A program made the position numbers and the translations under genes. A stretch of 64,000 bases of DNA from a virus. The DNA is taken from IMG/VR virus record IMGVR_UViG_3300045988_180675, positions 96,001 through 160,000 of that record. One strand, given 5' to 3'. Shown in pieces: positions 8,088 through 16,920 of the stretch. Below the pieces are notes generated by a model. That model ran no database searches. It was given only the letters and a program-made list of their open reading frames with translations, and had not been told where the DNA came from. Position 1 is the first letter of the stretch, and each line of letters opens with the position of its first letter.

Positions 8088-8444
8088 TTAATACAAATCT
8101 TCAAATTCTGCTCCTAAATCAAGCCCATCCTCTTCAAATACTGTCAAAACAGAATTATCTGAGGCTAGTATTTCATGAATATTTTCTTTACCTTTATCTG
8201 ATAGCGTATCTAGTGATTGTCTACATTTATGATATTTCTTGTTCTGACCACTAACTGTAATTGTTGCGTTATCAATAATAATAACGTTCTGTTCTTCATC
8301 AAATGACGATGGTGTATTAAAGTGATTAAATTCATCTTTAGAAAATTCTAAAAAGATATCCGTCTTAATTTCATGTGCTGTCAGCTTCAAGAGTTTAAAC
8401 TTTTTACATCTTGGTTTCTTTGTTAATTTTAATATAATCTTCAT
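8088..8444 (-). CDS. hypothetical protein (118 aa)
   Basis: ORF with an AGGAG SD about 10 nt upstream. Unusually long (~130 nt) leader downstream of cassette A6. Confidence 0.6.
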   Translation of the reverse strand: MKIILKLTKKPRCKKFKLLKLTAHEIKTDIFLEFSKDEFNHFNTPSSFDEEQNVIIIDNATITVSGQNKKYHKCRQSLDTLSDKGKENIHEILASDNSVLTVFEEDGLDLGAEFEDLY

Positions 8445-8578
8445 ATTTTTGTTTGCTCCTGTTTATCTTTGTTATTCTTATTTTTTTGTTTCCGTGAACT
8501 ACTTAATAATAAATATATCTGTTTAATTCTCTCCTTTCATTGTATTTAGCCTGCACGATTTGTGTGGCTATCTTCGTA

Positions 8579-8619
8579 TTCTCAAGAATCATCAAATAAG
8601 AACTGTAAATATCTTGTTA
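8579..8619 (-). promoter_or_regulatory. type-A promoter/leader cassette, copy A6
   Basis: CAAGAT (8611-8616), then 20 nt, then TTATTTGATGATTCTTGAGAA. Confidence 0.45.
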
Positions 8620-8631
8620 GAAAATAAGAAA

Positions 8632-8656
8632 GAAAAAAAGAGGTTTAAAAAACCTC
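8632..8656 (-). terminator. intrinsic terminator
   Basis: Hairpin GAGGTT-TAAAA-AACCTC (8640-8656), followed by a T-run. Confidence 0.8.
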
Positions 8657-8665
8657 TCTCTTTTT

Positions 8666-9370
8666 TTACTTCAGTCCTAGTTCTGTCAAAATCTCTTCTG
8701 GAATAGGGCGGTAAGTCCATCCATGACCATACTTGTAACCACAAACTGGGCATTCCTTTCCAAGTAATCCGAATTCACTTTCTGATAAAGAAGTGTGTCC
8801 TCGTAAGGTTGCTTCTACTTCACGAAGCTTATATCCTTCTGGGATATTTTCCTTTGCTTCATCCGCATTTAAGAAGAATTTCTTGATAGAATACTTCATA
8901 GTATACAGATCTTGTTGATCTTGAGAAAGTGTTACTGTTCCATTTTGAACCAGTTCCTTCTTAATGAAGTCTTCCACTTTTCTCTGCTTTACGATGGTGT
9001 CATGTGTCATCGTATATTCAGCCTTATAAAGTGGTTGACTTGCAAGCTCACGAATACCAGCTTCTTCCTGGTGGATGCATTCTGCATGCATATCGTTTAA
9101 ATGATATTCCTTCCAAATATCTAAAATTCTCTTTAGATCATCAGAAGCTGCTTCATAATCGATATCCATATCGACCTGTCCAAAAGCAATTGGATCCTTT
9201 CTGTAGCCATTTACATACTTATATGTATCGTACAATGCACCAGAAATCGAAAGAACAAGTTCTCCCTTATTGTTGTCTCTAGTTTCAATCTCCAGAACAA
9301 CTTTTACAGTTTTGCCAAAACAGGTTTTAACATCGTAGAACTTCTTTGTTGTTTTGTTTAGTGTTTTCAT
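8666..9370 (-). CDS. hypothetical protein (234 aa) with C-terminal CPVCGYKYGHGW motif
   Basis: ORF with an AGGAGGAAAATCAAAT SD. Monocistronic between cassette A7 and a terminator. Confidence 0.65.
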   Translation of the reverse strand: MKTLNKTTKKFYDVKTCFGKTVKVVLEIETRDNNKGELVLSISGALYDTYKYVNGYRKDPIAFGQVDMDIDYEAASDDLKRILDIWKEYHLNDMHAECIHQEEAGIRELASQPLYKAEYTMTHDTIVKQRKVEDFIKKELVQNGTVTLSQDQQDLYTMKYSIKKFFLNADEAKENIPEGYKLREVEATLRGHTSLSESEFGLLGKECPVCGYKYGHGWTYRPIPEEILTELGLK

Positions 9371-9400
9371 ATTTGATTTTCCTCCTATTGGCTTTTAGCC

Positions 9401-9438
9401 TTCTCCATGTTATCAAATAATACAAAAATATTATGTAA
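9401..9438 (-). promoter_or_regulatory. type-A promoter/leader cassette, copy A7
   Basis: CATAAT (9430-9435), then 18 nt, then TTATTTGATAACATGGAGAA. GGCT-AAA-AGCC hairpin (9390-9400) abuts the SD. Confidence 0.55.
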
Positions 9439-9451
9439 TATAAGAAAGAAT

Positions 9452-9478
9452 AAAAAAAGACAGGATAATTCCCGTCTT
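9452..9478 (-). terminator. intrinsic terminator
   Basis: Hairpin AGACAGG-ATAATT-CCCGTCT (one mismatch), followed by a T-run. Confidence 0.65.
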
Positions 9479-9741
9479 TATTTTTTAACAATCTTCTCAA
9501 TGAAATCAGCTTCCATAATTTCTTCGTCTGTATTTAGATCGCAAACAGTAAATACCTGTCCATTGTCAATGGCAGTGGCAAATAGCTCTTTGTGTTTCTT
9601 TACAAAGTCATGAATTTCATACAAATGAGAAAATGACATCGCATCTTCCTTATCTTGTACGAATAATACGCTTGGCTGATTCTCTTTTCCTGATCTAGCA
9701 CTAAGAACTGTGTTAGATGATGATTTAATATAATTTGTCAT
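9478..9741 (-). CDS. hypothetical protein (87 aa)
   Basis: Start trimmed to the ATG at 9741 (MTNYIK), preceded by AAAGGAGAAAAATTAAA. Confidence 0.6.
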   Translation of the reverse strand: MTNYIKSSSNTVLSARSGKENQPSVLFVQDKEDAMSFSHLYEIHDFVKKHKELFATAIDNGQVFTVCDLNTDEEIMEADFIEKIVKK

Positions 9742-9785
9742 TTTAATTTTTCTCCTTTTTACCAACGAATATACTTTCCTTTTTT

Positions 9786-10256
9786 TCAACCTTCCATAAT
9801 CTTGTAAACTTCTTCCATAATGGATGGAATCATTTTTTTATTGATTCGTTCATATTCTGTTTCATCCTGGATTACTTCTTTTACTGGGTTTGATGTGTAA
9901 TGGGCACCGCCTCTGTAAATCATATCGGAGTATTCTCGAGCGGTGTAAAATGCTTTCATAAGTTCTAACAGTTTCCAGATTTCTGAATCCGTGAAAGGCG
10001 TTTCAGCAAAAAACTCTTTGAATGCAGTGTGACCATCTTTGTTTTTGTTAAAAAATAAACTATCAAAATGTTGATGGCTACTAATATCTCTTGAACGTGA
10101 AGGGCAATTGTTGTTTGTGTATGTTTCAACATAACCGAAACCCCAGTACCATTTACAATCCCAACTTCCAGCCTCTAACCAGTATAATGTACCGTCATTG
10201 TCTTTACCTAATAAATAAATGTCTTTTCCAAAAGCATGATTTTTTTGTTTTTTCAT
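9786..10256 (-). CDS. hypothetical protein (156 aa)
   Basis: Start trimmed to the ATG at 10256 (MKKQKNHAFG), preceded by AAGGAGGAAAATAAA. Confidence 0.65.
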   Translation of the reverse strand: MKKQKNHAFGKDIYLLGKDNDGTLYWLEAGSWDCKWYWGFGYVETYTNNNCPSRSRDISSHQHFDSLFFNKNKDGHTAFKEFFAETPFTDSEIWKLLELMKAFYTAREYSDMIYRGGAHYTSNPVKEVIQDETEYERINKKMIPSIMEEVYKIMEG

Positions 10257-10275
10257 TTTATTTTCCTCCTTTTTT

Positions 10276-10560
10276 TTACCAATGAATGATAAAATTTTTG
10301 TTTTTCTTATCGCAATCAACCTTAAATCCCTTGTCTAAATAATGTAGTAACAAGCGATTTGTGCTGAAAGCATCTAATGAAGTGTCGTTCCAAACCAATC
10401 GTTGATGGCTTCCTTTGCCACAAGTGTATGGTAAGACAATATGTGTATGATTATATGAAGCCTCTTCAATGAGTTCATTAACCATTACAACAATACGCCA
10501 CAAACTTGGGCAAACCTTCTTTGATCCAAGGTTATTTCTAGCAGTCTTTGCAGTAATCAT
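10276..10560 (-). CDS. hypothetical protein (94 aa)
   Basis: ORF abutting the upstream stop, with an AGAGAGG SD inside the upstream gene. Confidence 0.55.
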   Translation of the reverse strand: MITAKTARNNLGSKKVCPSLWRIVVMVNELIEEASYNHTHIVLPYTCGKGSHQRLVWNDTSLDAFSTNRLLLHYLDKGFKVDCDKKNKNFIIHW

Positions 10561-10561
10561 G

Positions 10562-10927
10562 TTAGAAACCTCTCTTGATAATCTCGGCAGCAGCAGAGCC
10601 TACATCGCTCCACTTACATTGATGATTTGGACCGCCAATCCAATCTTTAGCGTGTTCCATTGAACGGATTAGAACGCTTTTACTCCAAGCAAAATATCTA
10701 ACGTCTGATATTGAAACATAAACAAATTTTTCACCATTTGTTAGTACGGCAGAGAAACAATAATGATTTTTATTGAAAGTATGTAACTCTAGTCCGTTTT
10801 CCTTTGCCATCTTCTTTAAATCCGAACGACAATCTCTTTCGAATTGTAGATAATCTTCTCCTGTACCGCATCCAGTTGAGAAATGGTGTTGGAACCATTT
10901 ATTACTTGTTGCTTTTAATGTTGTCAT
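10562..10927 (-). CDS. hypothetical protein (121 aa)
   Basis: ORF with an AGGAGGAAAATTAAAA SD. Confidence 0.65.
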   Translation of the reverse strand: MTTLKATSNKWFQHHFSTGCGTGEDYLQFERDCRSDLKKMAKENGLELHTFNKNHYCFSAVLTNGEKFVYVSISDVRYFAWSKSVLIRSMEHAKDWIGGPNHQCKWSDVGSAAAEIIKRGF

Positions 10928-10950
10928 TTTTAATTTTCCTCCTATTTTTC

Positions 10951-11265
10951 TTAAAAACCAATCTGATCTTCAAAGTGATCGTAAATAACAGCATCGATAT
11001 TGGTCCAATATGTACAATTGCAATCGTAATCGCCTTCAAAAGCGTATCGCTTGGCACACTCTTCAATATCTTTGTCGCTATATTTTAACCATGAGAAATT
11101 GTCCTTGATTCTACTAACGATATCTTCTTTAACATGATTAGCCCATAATCTTCTATAGATATAATTTGAAGTTGAATAGTTTAATTCTGTAAGAAGCTCG
11201 TCGAGCTTTTCTCTGTTTATACGGTCAAGCTTATCAATTTCTTTTTTTAGTTCTTTGATTTCCAT
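10951..11265 (-). CDS. hypothetical protein (104 aa)
   Basis: ORF with an AGGAGGAAAATTAAA SD. Confidence 0.65.
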   Translation of the reverse strand: MEIKELKKEIDKLDRINREKLDELLTELNYSTSNYIYRRLWANHVKEDIVSRIKDNFSWLKYSDKDIEECAKRYAFEGDYDCNCTYWTNIDAVIYDHFEDQIGF

Positions 11266-11278
11266 TTTAATTTTCCTC

Positions 11279-11539
11279 CTAATATGTAATCAAATCCATC
11301 ATTTTATTCACAAAAGAAACGCATTTTGTTAATCCTTTGTGATCGCAGGTGAATGTTTTCTGTTGATATTCATCATCATATTCTGCTTCAACGAACATTA
11401 GATTTGAACCTGATGAATAGCTCAGTCGGATTTCACCATATCCAACAGAGTTTAAGAATGTATATTCTCCACTCTCATCATTTTCGTCAAACAGCTCTAA
11501 TAAGCCATCTAACTCATTTTTTAATTCCTCTAAAAACAT
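11279..11539 (-). CDS. acidic hypothetical protein (86 aa)
   Basis: ORF with an AGGAGGAAAATAAG SD. D/E-rich. Confidence 0.6.
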   Translation of the reverse strand: MFLEELKNELDGLLELFDENDESGEYTFLNSVGYGEIRLSYSSGSNLMFVEAEYDDEYQQKTFTCDHKGLTKCVSFVNKMMDLITY

Positions 11540-11541
11540 TC

Positions 11542-11964
11542 TTATTTTCCTCCTAATTTTGTAATATTTCCATTTTTACATGTTTGATATCCAGCTTTTT
11601 CAAGCATGGCATCATTTAACCAAAGAAAATCTTCTGGTTTCGCACAAGAAATTTCACGAGTCATGAACTGAATCGCTTCTTCTGTACTTCTTTCTTCGTT
11701 ATATGAATCTGTTTCAAGAATGAAACTGTCCATATAAAGATAGTAAGACAGAGTTGTTAGATCCCATTCAAACCAAATGTAATGCTTACCATCTGGTGTC
11801 GTTTTGGATGCCAATACAACATGTGATGCATCTGGATAAATAGTAGAAAAATCTTTAGCAGTTTCAGAATTGGAACTTGCAATAGAATTTCTCTTTCTAT
11901 ATTCCATAATTTCTTCTAGCATCTTTTGATACTGTGGGATCAAAGTTATATCATTCTTTTCCAT
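11542..11964 (-). CDS. hypothetical protein (140 aa)
   Basis: ORF 2 nt downstream of the preceding stop. GGAGGGATAGTT SD. Confidence 0.6.
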   Translation of the reverse strand: MEKNDITLIPQYQKMLEEIMEYRKRNSIASSNSETAKDFSTIYPDASHVVLASKTTPDGKHYIWFEWDLTTLSYYLYMDSFILETDSYNEERSTEEAIQFMTREISCAKPEDFLWLNDAMLEKAGYQTCKNGNITKLGGK

Positions 11965-11966
11965 AA

Positions 11967-12224
11967 CTATCCCTCCAAGATATCCTGTAAGAAATAGTAA
12001 TCAAGAACATCAAGCGTTACTAGCTTACTAGCAGCCTTTGTCTTGATTAAAAGATGATCGTTTTCTCTCACCCAAGTATCGAAGCGATCTGCTTCCTTTT
12101 TGATGTACAAATGGACATCGTTTTCGTGGTTGAAGATTAAGGCTTCTTCCACATTTTTTGTAAATGAGTGATCCTTGGTTAAAAAACCTCGGTCTTCTGG
12201 CAGTGTAACAACAAATTTAATCAT
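11967..12224 (-). CDS. hypothetical protein (85 aa)
   Basis: Start trimmed to the ATG at 12224 (MIKFVVTL), preceded by AAGGAGGAAAATTAAA. Confidence 0.6.
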   Translation of the reverse strand: MIKFVVTLPEDRGFLTKDHSFTKNVEEALIFNHENDVHLYIKKEADRFDTWVRENDHLLIKTKAASKLVTLDVLDYYFLQDILEG

Positions 12225-12275
12225 TTTAATTTTCCTCCTTATGTTGTTTTTATATGTCACCTTTAATTTATTAGA

Positions 12276-12317
12276 TTCTCCATAATCATCAAATTAAAGT
12301 ACAATTATATTCTGCTA
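12276..12317 (-). promoter_or_regulatory. type-A promoter/leader cassette, copy A8 (eight-gene small-ORF operon)
   Basis: TATAAT (12304-12309), then 17 nt, then TTAATTTGATGATTATGGAGAA. No terminator until 9452-9478. Confidence 0.5.
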
Positions 12318-12324
12318 TAAAAAA

Positions 12325-12357
12325 GTAATAAAAAAACGATGTTCTTATGTAGCATCG
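12325..12357 (-). terminator. intrinsic terminator overlapping the stop codon
   Basis: Stem CGATG/CATCG (12337-12341 / 12353-12357), followed by a minus-strand T-run. Confidence 0.55.
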
Positions 12358-12794
12358 CTTTCTTGTTTTGTTCTGTAGAAGTTTGAAACAATATCATCTT
12401 CCATTTTTAATAGATTTTGTATTACTTGATACGCTTTAGTGTATAAACACGGATAGTGAAATTCAAGATTATCACTTCTAACACATGTGTAATACCTATC
12501 TTGATAATATATTCTGTAACTATATTTTTTTAGTATCAATCTTATGAACGGAAGCTTCTCTGGATCCTCATACAAAAGTCCCAAGGTATTTATACACTCT
12601 AAAATTGTTAGCTTCTCTAGCTCTTTTTCTATATCGTTATCTAATGGCTTGAATCCTATGATCGCCAACACAAAACTACAGTCATCTGATAATCTGATCC
12701 GTCTTGATACGCTTCTTATGTTTCTTAGCTTGCTTGCTTCGTTATAAAAACCATTACTCTTGATAAAGCTAGTTACGTTTTTGAATCTTTTCAT
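12345..12794 (-). CDS. hypothetical protein (149 aa)
   Basis: ORF overlapping the upstream gene by 26 nt. Weak SD, so the start is uncertain. Confidence 0.5.
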   Translation of the reverse strand: MKRFKNVTSFIKSNGFYNEASKLRNIRSVSRRIRLSDDCSFVLAIIGFKPLDNDIEKELEKLTILECINTLGLLYEDPEKLPFIRLILKKYSYRIYYQDRYYTCVRSDNLEFHYPCLYTKAYQVIQNLLKMEDDIVSNFYRTKQESDAT

Positions 12795-13488
12795 TTCCTA
12801 AAATATACTTTGCCCGCATCATAGCTGTTTGCGTTAGCACTAATAGTGGAGAGCGTTCCATTGCGTCATAGTAAGACGCCGTTTCTGCACCAGTTTGTGG
12901 TGTGTTATTTGCCCAACGAATAGCAAGCATTTCATCTTCGGTTAAAACGATTCCGTTTGCAGCAATTGTCATCAATGACTTTACGCCAGGACCTAGTGGC
13001 ATTCCATTATTTTTAAATTTATAAAATGTTTCTGCCTTCCATACGAATTGCCCTTTGTTGTCAGATCTAACGTTTTCATTCATCGCTAGTGCAGCCTGGA
13101 TATCCATCTGTTCATAGCTTTTGACATTCTTTGTATCTTCAACAAACAGATCAATATAGTCGATCCAAGGCAATAGCGATACGATTGCAATAGTTGACAT
13201 GTTAACATTTGATACCGTTGTATTACCCTCTTCTGATGTGTAGCTATATGCTGTAAAATGCTTAAATAGACCACCCATCTCCTTAGCTAGCACATTGAAA
13301 GTGTTTAATGCTTGCTGGCACAATCCACCACGTTCACTTAAAATCCCATCTCTAGTTAGTGGGGCTACAAAGAAGTCTGTCGATAATAGATGTGATAAAA
13401 GCTGTTGTCCCGCTCTTGGAGCGATATATGTGTTGTAGAAATTGATAAACATCTGTTTATTTTTCTCTATAAGTTCTGCATTTAACAT
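12769..13488 (-). CDS. HD-phosphohydrolase-like protein with apparently degenerate metal-binding residues
   Basis: 239 aa. The N-terminal pattern LLSHLLSTDFFVAPLTRDGILSERGGLCQQALNTF resembles, from memory, the phage/plasmid HD family (...TDFFTAPAS.R.H....GGL.EHSLNV), but the His positions are replaced. AGGGAGACAATT SD. Confidence 0.35.
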   Translation of the reverse strand: MLNAELIEKNKQMFINFYNTYIAPRAGQQLLSHLLSTDFFVAPLTRDGILSERGGLCQQALNTFNVLAKEMGGLFKHFTAYSYTSEEGNTTVSNVNMSTIAIVSLLPWIDYIDLFVEDTKNVKSYEQMDIQAALAMNENVRSDNKGQFVWKAETFYKFKNNGMPLGPGVKSLMTIAANGIVLTEDEMLAIRWANNTPQTGAETASYYDAMERSPLLVLTQTAMMRAKYILGNEKIQKRN

Positions 13489-13811
13489 AATTGTCTCCCT
13501 TCTATTTCTTTGATTTCTTCTAAATTCTTGTTCATTACATCTTGCAAAGCGATTGGTAGTTGATGTATTTCAAAATCTTCTTGTCCAACAATTCCATCTG
13601 GAGTTGCGACAAATAATGTGGCAAAGTTTTTGTTGTTTGGTTCTAATCTGTGATCAATAACACTTGGTATTACTCCTTTTTTTGGAACAATAACTGGTAT
13701 TGATTCGATTTCGTCGAGTGGCGTGTAAATGACTTTTATGATGTCATGATTGATAAATGTAACTACGGTGTTACTGTTTACTTTTTGAAGTGACTTAATT
13801 TCTACTGACAT
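13482..13811 (-). CDS. hypothetical protein (109 aa)
   Basis: ORF overlapping both neighbours by 7-10 nt, suggesting translational coupling. Confidence 0.55.
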   Translation of the reverse strand: MSVEIKSLQKVNSNTVVTFINHDIIKVIYTPLDEIESIPVIVPKKGVIPSVIDHRLEPNNKNFATLFVATPDGIVGQEDFEIHQLPIALQDVMNKNLEEIKEIEGRQLC

Positions 13812-14077
13812 TGACCTTCTGTTGCCTCCTTTACTTCTTTTGTGATAACAGCATAACTCAGAAGTTCTACCTTATCTAATTCATCACATGTGCTAGGCAC
13901 ACATAAAATATATCCACTCTCTTCAAATGGCGAAGCCTGCAGTTGAGCTACATCGTAATAAATATCATTCCCACTTTTGTATGCAACTAATAATGTTTCG
14001 CTTTCATCAATCAAATCATCAACGATCTGTTGTACGTTATCCTGATAATTTTTACTGTTTAATTTGTTCCATTTCAT
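13802..14077 (-). CDS. hypothetical protein (91 aa)
   Basis: First ORF after promoter B1. AGAGGAAAAGAAAT SD. Confidence 0.6.
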   Translation of the reverse strand: MKWNKLNSKNYQDNVQQIVDDLIDESETLLVAYKSGNDIYYDVAQLQASPFEESGYILCVPSTCDELDKVELLSYAVITKEVKEATEGQCQ

Positions 14078-14139
14078 ATTTCTTTTCCTCTTTCTTTCTT
14101 GTAAAAAATCTTATTTTCTTCCTCTTCTTTTACACCTTT

Positions 14140-14164
14140 ATTATAGCATATAACAGTATATATA
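14140..14164 (-). promoter_or_regulatory. type-B promoter, copy B1 (TGnTATAAT plus B-box)
   Basis: Minus strand: TTGTTA-N17-TGCTATAAT. The spacer contains ATATACTGTTATAT. Confidence 0.65.
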
Positions 14165-14171
14165 ACAAGAC

Positions 14172-14197
14172 AAAGAATAGAGTATTCCCTATTCTTT
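14172..14197 (-). terminator. hairpin overlapping the stop codon (weak terminator)
   Basis: Stem AAGAATAG/CTATTCTT with an 8-nt loop. The U-tract is poor. Confidence 0.4.
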
Positions 14198-14809
14198 TGA
14201 CATATATTTTTTGATGTCTATATAATCTTCTACGACTTTTTCTTTTTCCGTAATTTCGGCTCTAAGAGCATCCATTTCTTCATTTATCTCTATGAGTTGT
14301 TTCTTAATTTTCTCTTTTTCAATAGATTCAGTTTGTAGTTCTTCGATTCTTCTTTGTAACATCTTTATCTTCGGTTCGAGATTGATCATCCAAATATTCT
14401 TGTCAGATAACATTTTACTGAAATCACTAATTTCTTTTTGGATCTTTTCAATTTCTTCTGAACCTTTTGTAGCGAACTTGTATTCAGGAGAATCTGTTAT
14501 TTCTTCCAGTGTTTTTCTCTTTAGTACAATTGTGGCTTTGCACTCGGTTACATGACAACTCCTTTCTTCAACGGTATCAAGAACGAAGTTGAAATCTGTA
14601 TAGATGTTCTCAAGTGCGATCTTAAACTCGATAACATCTTTTAATTGTGCATAAAAAAGTATTTTTGCTCCATCAAATATCTTTTGTTCGTAATGTTTAT
14701 CTTCTAAGTAGTTGTGACCTACGATATTTTCGTAATGTGAATGATCGACAATGAGCGGACAAACACCTCGCTCTTTTGCTTTTCTCAAAAAATTTATATC
14801 TATGTTCAT
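14189..14809 (-). CDS. hypothetical protein with C-terminal coiled coil (206 aa)
   Basis: ATGA start/stop overlap with the RecG-like gene. K/E heptad-rich C-terminal half. Confidence 0.65.
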   Translation of the reverse strand: MNIDINFLRKAKERGVCPLIVDHSHYENIVGHNYLEDKHYEQKIFDGAKILFYAQLKDVIEFKIALENIYTDFNFVLDTVEERSCHVTECKATIVLKRKTLEEITDSPEYKFATKGSEEIEKIQKEISDFSKMLSDKNIWMINLEPKIKMLQRRIEELQTESIEKEKIKKQLIEINEEMDALRAEITEKEKVVEDYIDIKKYMSKE

Positions 14810-16836
14810 TTATTTGTTCCCTCTTTCTTTTTCTTCTTTTTATCCTTGTAAAGTTCTTCTAACTCTTCATGTTCCTTGTATTCTGCAATAAGGAAATTTC
14901 CGATGTTTTTCTTGATGCATTCTTCTGCCAGCTTTGCAGCCTGTTGAAATAGTTCTGGATTATCCAGCATTTCTTCTACAAACTTGTTAATTCCAGATTG
15001 ATTTTGCCCGATTAAGTCTCCTGTTCCACGTTGACGAAGATCCGCTTCTGCGATCTTAAATCCATCGTTTGTCGCTACCATTGTCTGTAATCGCTCGTTA
15101 TCGGCTTCTTCTGCAATTAAGTAACAATAAGATTGATATGACGATCTGCCTACACGACCTCTTAGCTGGTGAAGTGTTGCTAGTCCGAACCGATTTGCCT
15201 GTTCAACAACCATAACAGTCGCAGATGGAACATTTACACCAACTTCTATTACAGTTGTAGAAATTAGAATATCACAAGTGTGATTATTACTATCTGCAAA
15301 AGCTGATATTGTCTTGGCAACATCTGTTGACTTCATTTTCCCATTTACGACTCCCACGCCAATTCCTCTAGGAGCGAAAAAATCTCTGTATAACTTACTC
15401 ATCTGCTCAATGCTGACAATATCTGTATTGTCATTATCTTCAATTGCAGGGCATACTACGTAACATTGATGACCAGCCTGTATTTGCTCTAGTATAAGAT
15501 TAAATACCTCGTTGTGTTCATCCGAAACCTTTGTGATGATCGGAAGTCTTCCTGCTGGTTTCTGTGTGATCAGCTTAATTTCTTTTCCTTGTCCGTATAG
15601 AACGTTTGCCATTGTACGTGGAATTGGAGTAGCAGACATAGAGATACTATGTACTCCATCCTTAGCCTTCTTGATCAGGGATTCTTTTTGTTCCACGCCA
15701 AATAGATGTTCTTCATCTGTAATAACTGATCCAAGATTATGGTAGACTACATCACTAGAAATGCAGGAGTGAGTTCCTATAATGAAATGAATTTCTCCAG
15801 ACTGGATTCTATTTAAAATTTCGTTTCTTTCTTTTTTAAGAAGTTTGCTATGTAAAAATACACAATTCAAACCGAACCGTTTTGCATATTCAGAGATTTC
15901 TTCATAGTGTTGTCTTGCCAAGATTTCTTTTGGAGCCATCAACACAGACTGGTATCCATTCTCAGCCGAATAAAACATCATTGCAGCGGCAACAATCGTT
16001 TTCCCACATCCAACATCACCTTGCAACAAAATGTTGTTTCTAATGCCGTTTCTGGCGTTTAAAAATATCTCATTTAAGATTGCTGCTTGTCCGCCTTGCC
16101 CTTGTGTCAAAGCAAATGGTAAAGATCTTATAAAGCTCTGTGTTAAAGACCAACTCTTATATTTTAAAGATGTGTTCTTGGGGGTTTCTACCCTATTTCT
16201 CTTTAGGGATAAATTAAAGTAAAGAAGATCATTGAAAAGAATTCTTCTTTTTGCCTCTTCTTCTATTTGTTTGTTTTGCGGATCATGAAGAACTTGTAAT
16301 GCCTGTTTATATGGCATAAAACCAGCAATAAGATGTGGTTCAACAATTTCTTGTTGCATTAACATGAAGTTTTCTCTGATTTTAGCTATTTCTTTTTCGT
16401 CTGCATCCTTTAATGATGGATATACTGTATGAGTATGAGGCTGATATTGGCTTGCTAAATAGATGCCTGTTACATCTACAATAGAATATCCATATTCGTC
16501 ATATTTTGGCTCTCCACATACAACAACATCCTTACCAGAGAAGCTGGCATACATGTTTAGTAGGAATACATTATTAAATAGCACGACTTTATAATCCATA
16601 CTGCCCTTGAAATAAAAAACAAGATAGGTCTTTCCAGTTGCCATTCTCTTCTTTTGTACGCTCACCTGTTTTCCAAGAACCGCACAATGACCATTTGCCT
16701 GCTGAATATCTAATGGCTTTCCGTATCGAATCGCTTTACGTGGGAAGAACTCTAAAAAATCTCTTACTGTAAAGAGGTGTTTTTTATTGAGTGCCGCCAG
16801 TGTTTTTTCTGAGATATTTAATCTTTTTAGATCCAC
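14806..16836 (-). CDS. RecG-like SF2 DNA helicase
   Basis: Motifs GDVGCGKT, MAPKEILARQH, DEEHLFGV, SATPIPRT, QLRGRVGRS. The track start ATG at 16863 overlaps the -10 hexamer of promoter B2. The GTG at 16836, preceded by GAAAGGA at 9 nt, is the more plausible start. Confidence 0.85.
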   Translation of the reverse strand: MDLKRLNISEKTLAALNKKHLFTVRDFLEFFPRKAIRYGKPLDIQQANGHCAVLGKQVSVQKKRMATGKTYLVFYFKGSMDYKVVLFNNVFLLNMYASFSGKDVVVCGEPKYDEYGYSIVDVTGIYLASQYQPHTHTVYPSLKDADEKEIAKIRENFMLMQQEIVEPHLIAGFMPYKQALQVLHDPQNKQIEEEAKRRILFNDLLYFNLSLKRNRVETPKNTSLKYKSWSLTQSFIRSLPFALTQGQGGQAAILNEIFLNARNGIRNNILLQGDVGCGKTIVAAAMMFYSAENGYQSVLMAPKEILARQHYEEISEYAKRFGLNCVFLHSKLLKKERNEILNRIQSGEIHFIIGTHSCISSDVVYHNLGSVITDEEHLFGVEQKESLIKKAKDGVHSISMSATPIPRTMANVLYGQGKEIKLITQKPAGRLPIITKVSDEHNEVFNLILEQIQAGHQCYVVCPAIEDNDNTDIVSIEQMSKLYRDFFAPRGIGVGVVNGKMKSTDVAKTISAFADSNNHTCDILISTTVIEVGVNVPSATVMVVEQANRFGLATLHQLRGRVGRSSYQSYCYLIAEEADNERLQTMVATNDGFKIAEADLRQRGTGDLIGQNQSGINKFVEEMLDNPELFQQAAKLAEECIKKNIGNFLIAEYKEHEELEELYKDKKKKKKEGTNK

Positions 16837-16861
16837 AACTGTTATCCTTTCTATACTATAC

Positions 16862-16885
16862 ATTATAGCATATAACAGTATATAT
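16862..16885 (-). promoter_or_regulatory. type-B promoter, copy B2
   Basis: Minus strand: ATATACTGTTATATGCTATAAT (extended -10). Confidence 0.65.
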
Positions 16886-16889
16886 TGGA

Positions 16890-16920
16890 AGAAAAAGAAA
16901 AGAGAGGATTTAACCTCTCT
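16890..16920 (-). terminator. intrinsic terminator with the stop codon in its loop
   Basis: Hairpin AGAGAGG-ATTTAA-CCTCTCT (16901-16920), followed by a T-rich run. Confidence 0.7.

Noticed and set aside
8445-8578. Long intergenic leaders (8445-8578, 58949-59099, 821-925) examined for iterons, an origin, oriT or hidden small genes.
   Set aside because: No set of three or more direct repeats, no DnaA-box-like cluster and no nick-site-type inverted repeat was recognisable by eye. Only stops-riddled frames and isolated hairpins are present. No origin or oriT call can be supported.
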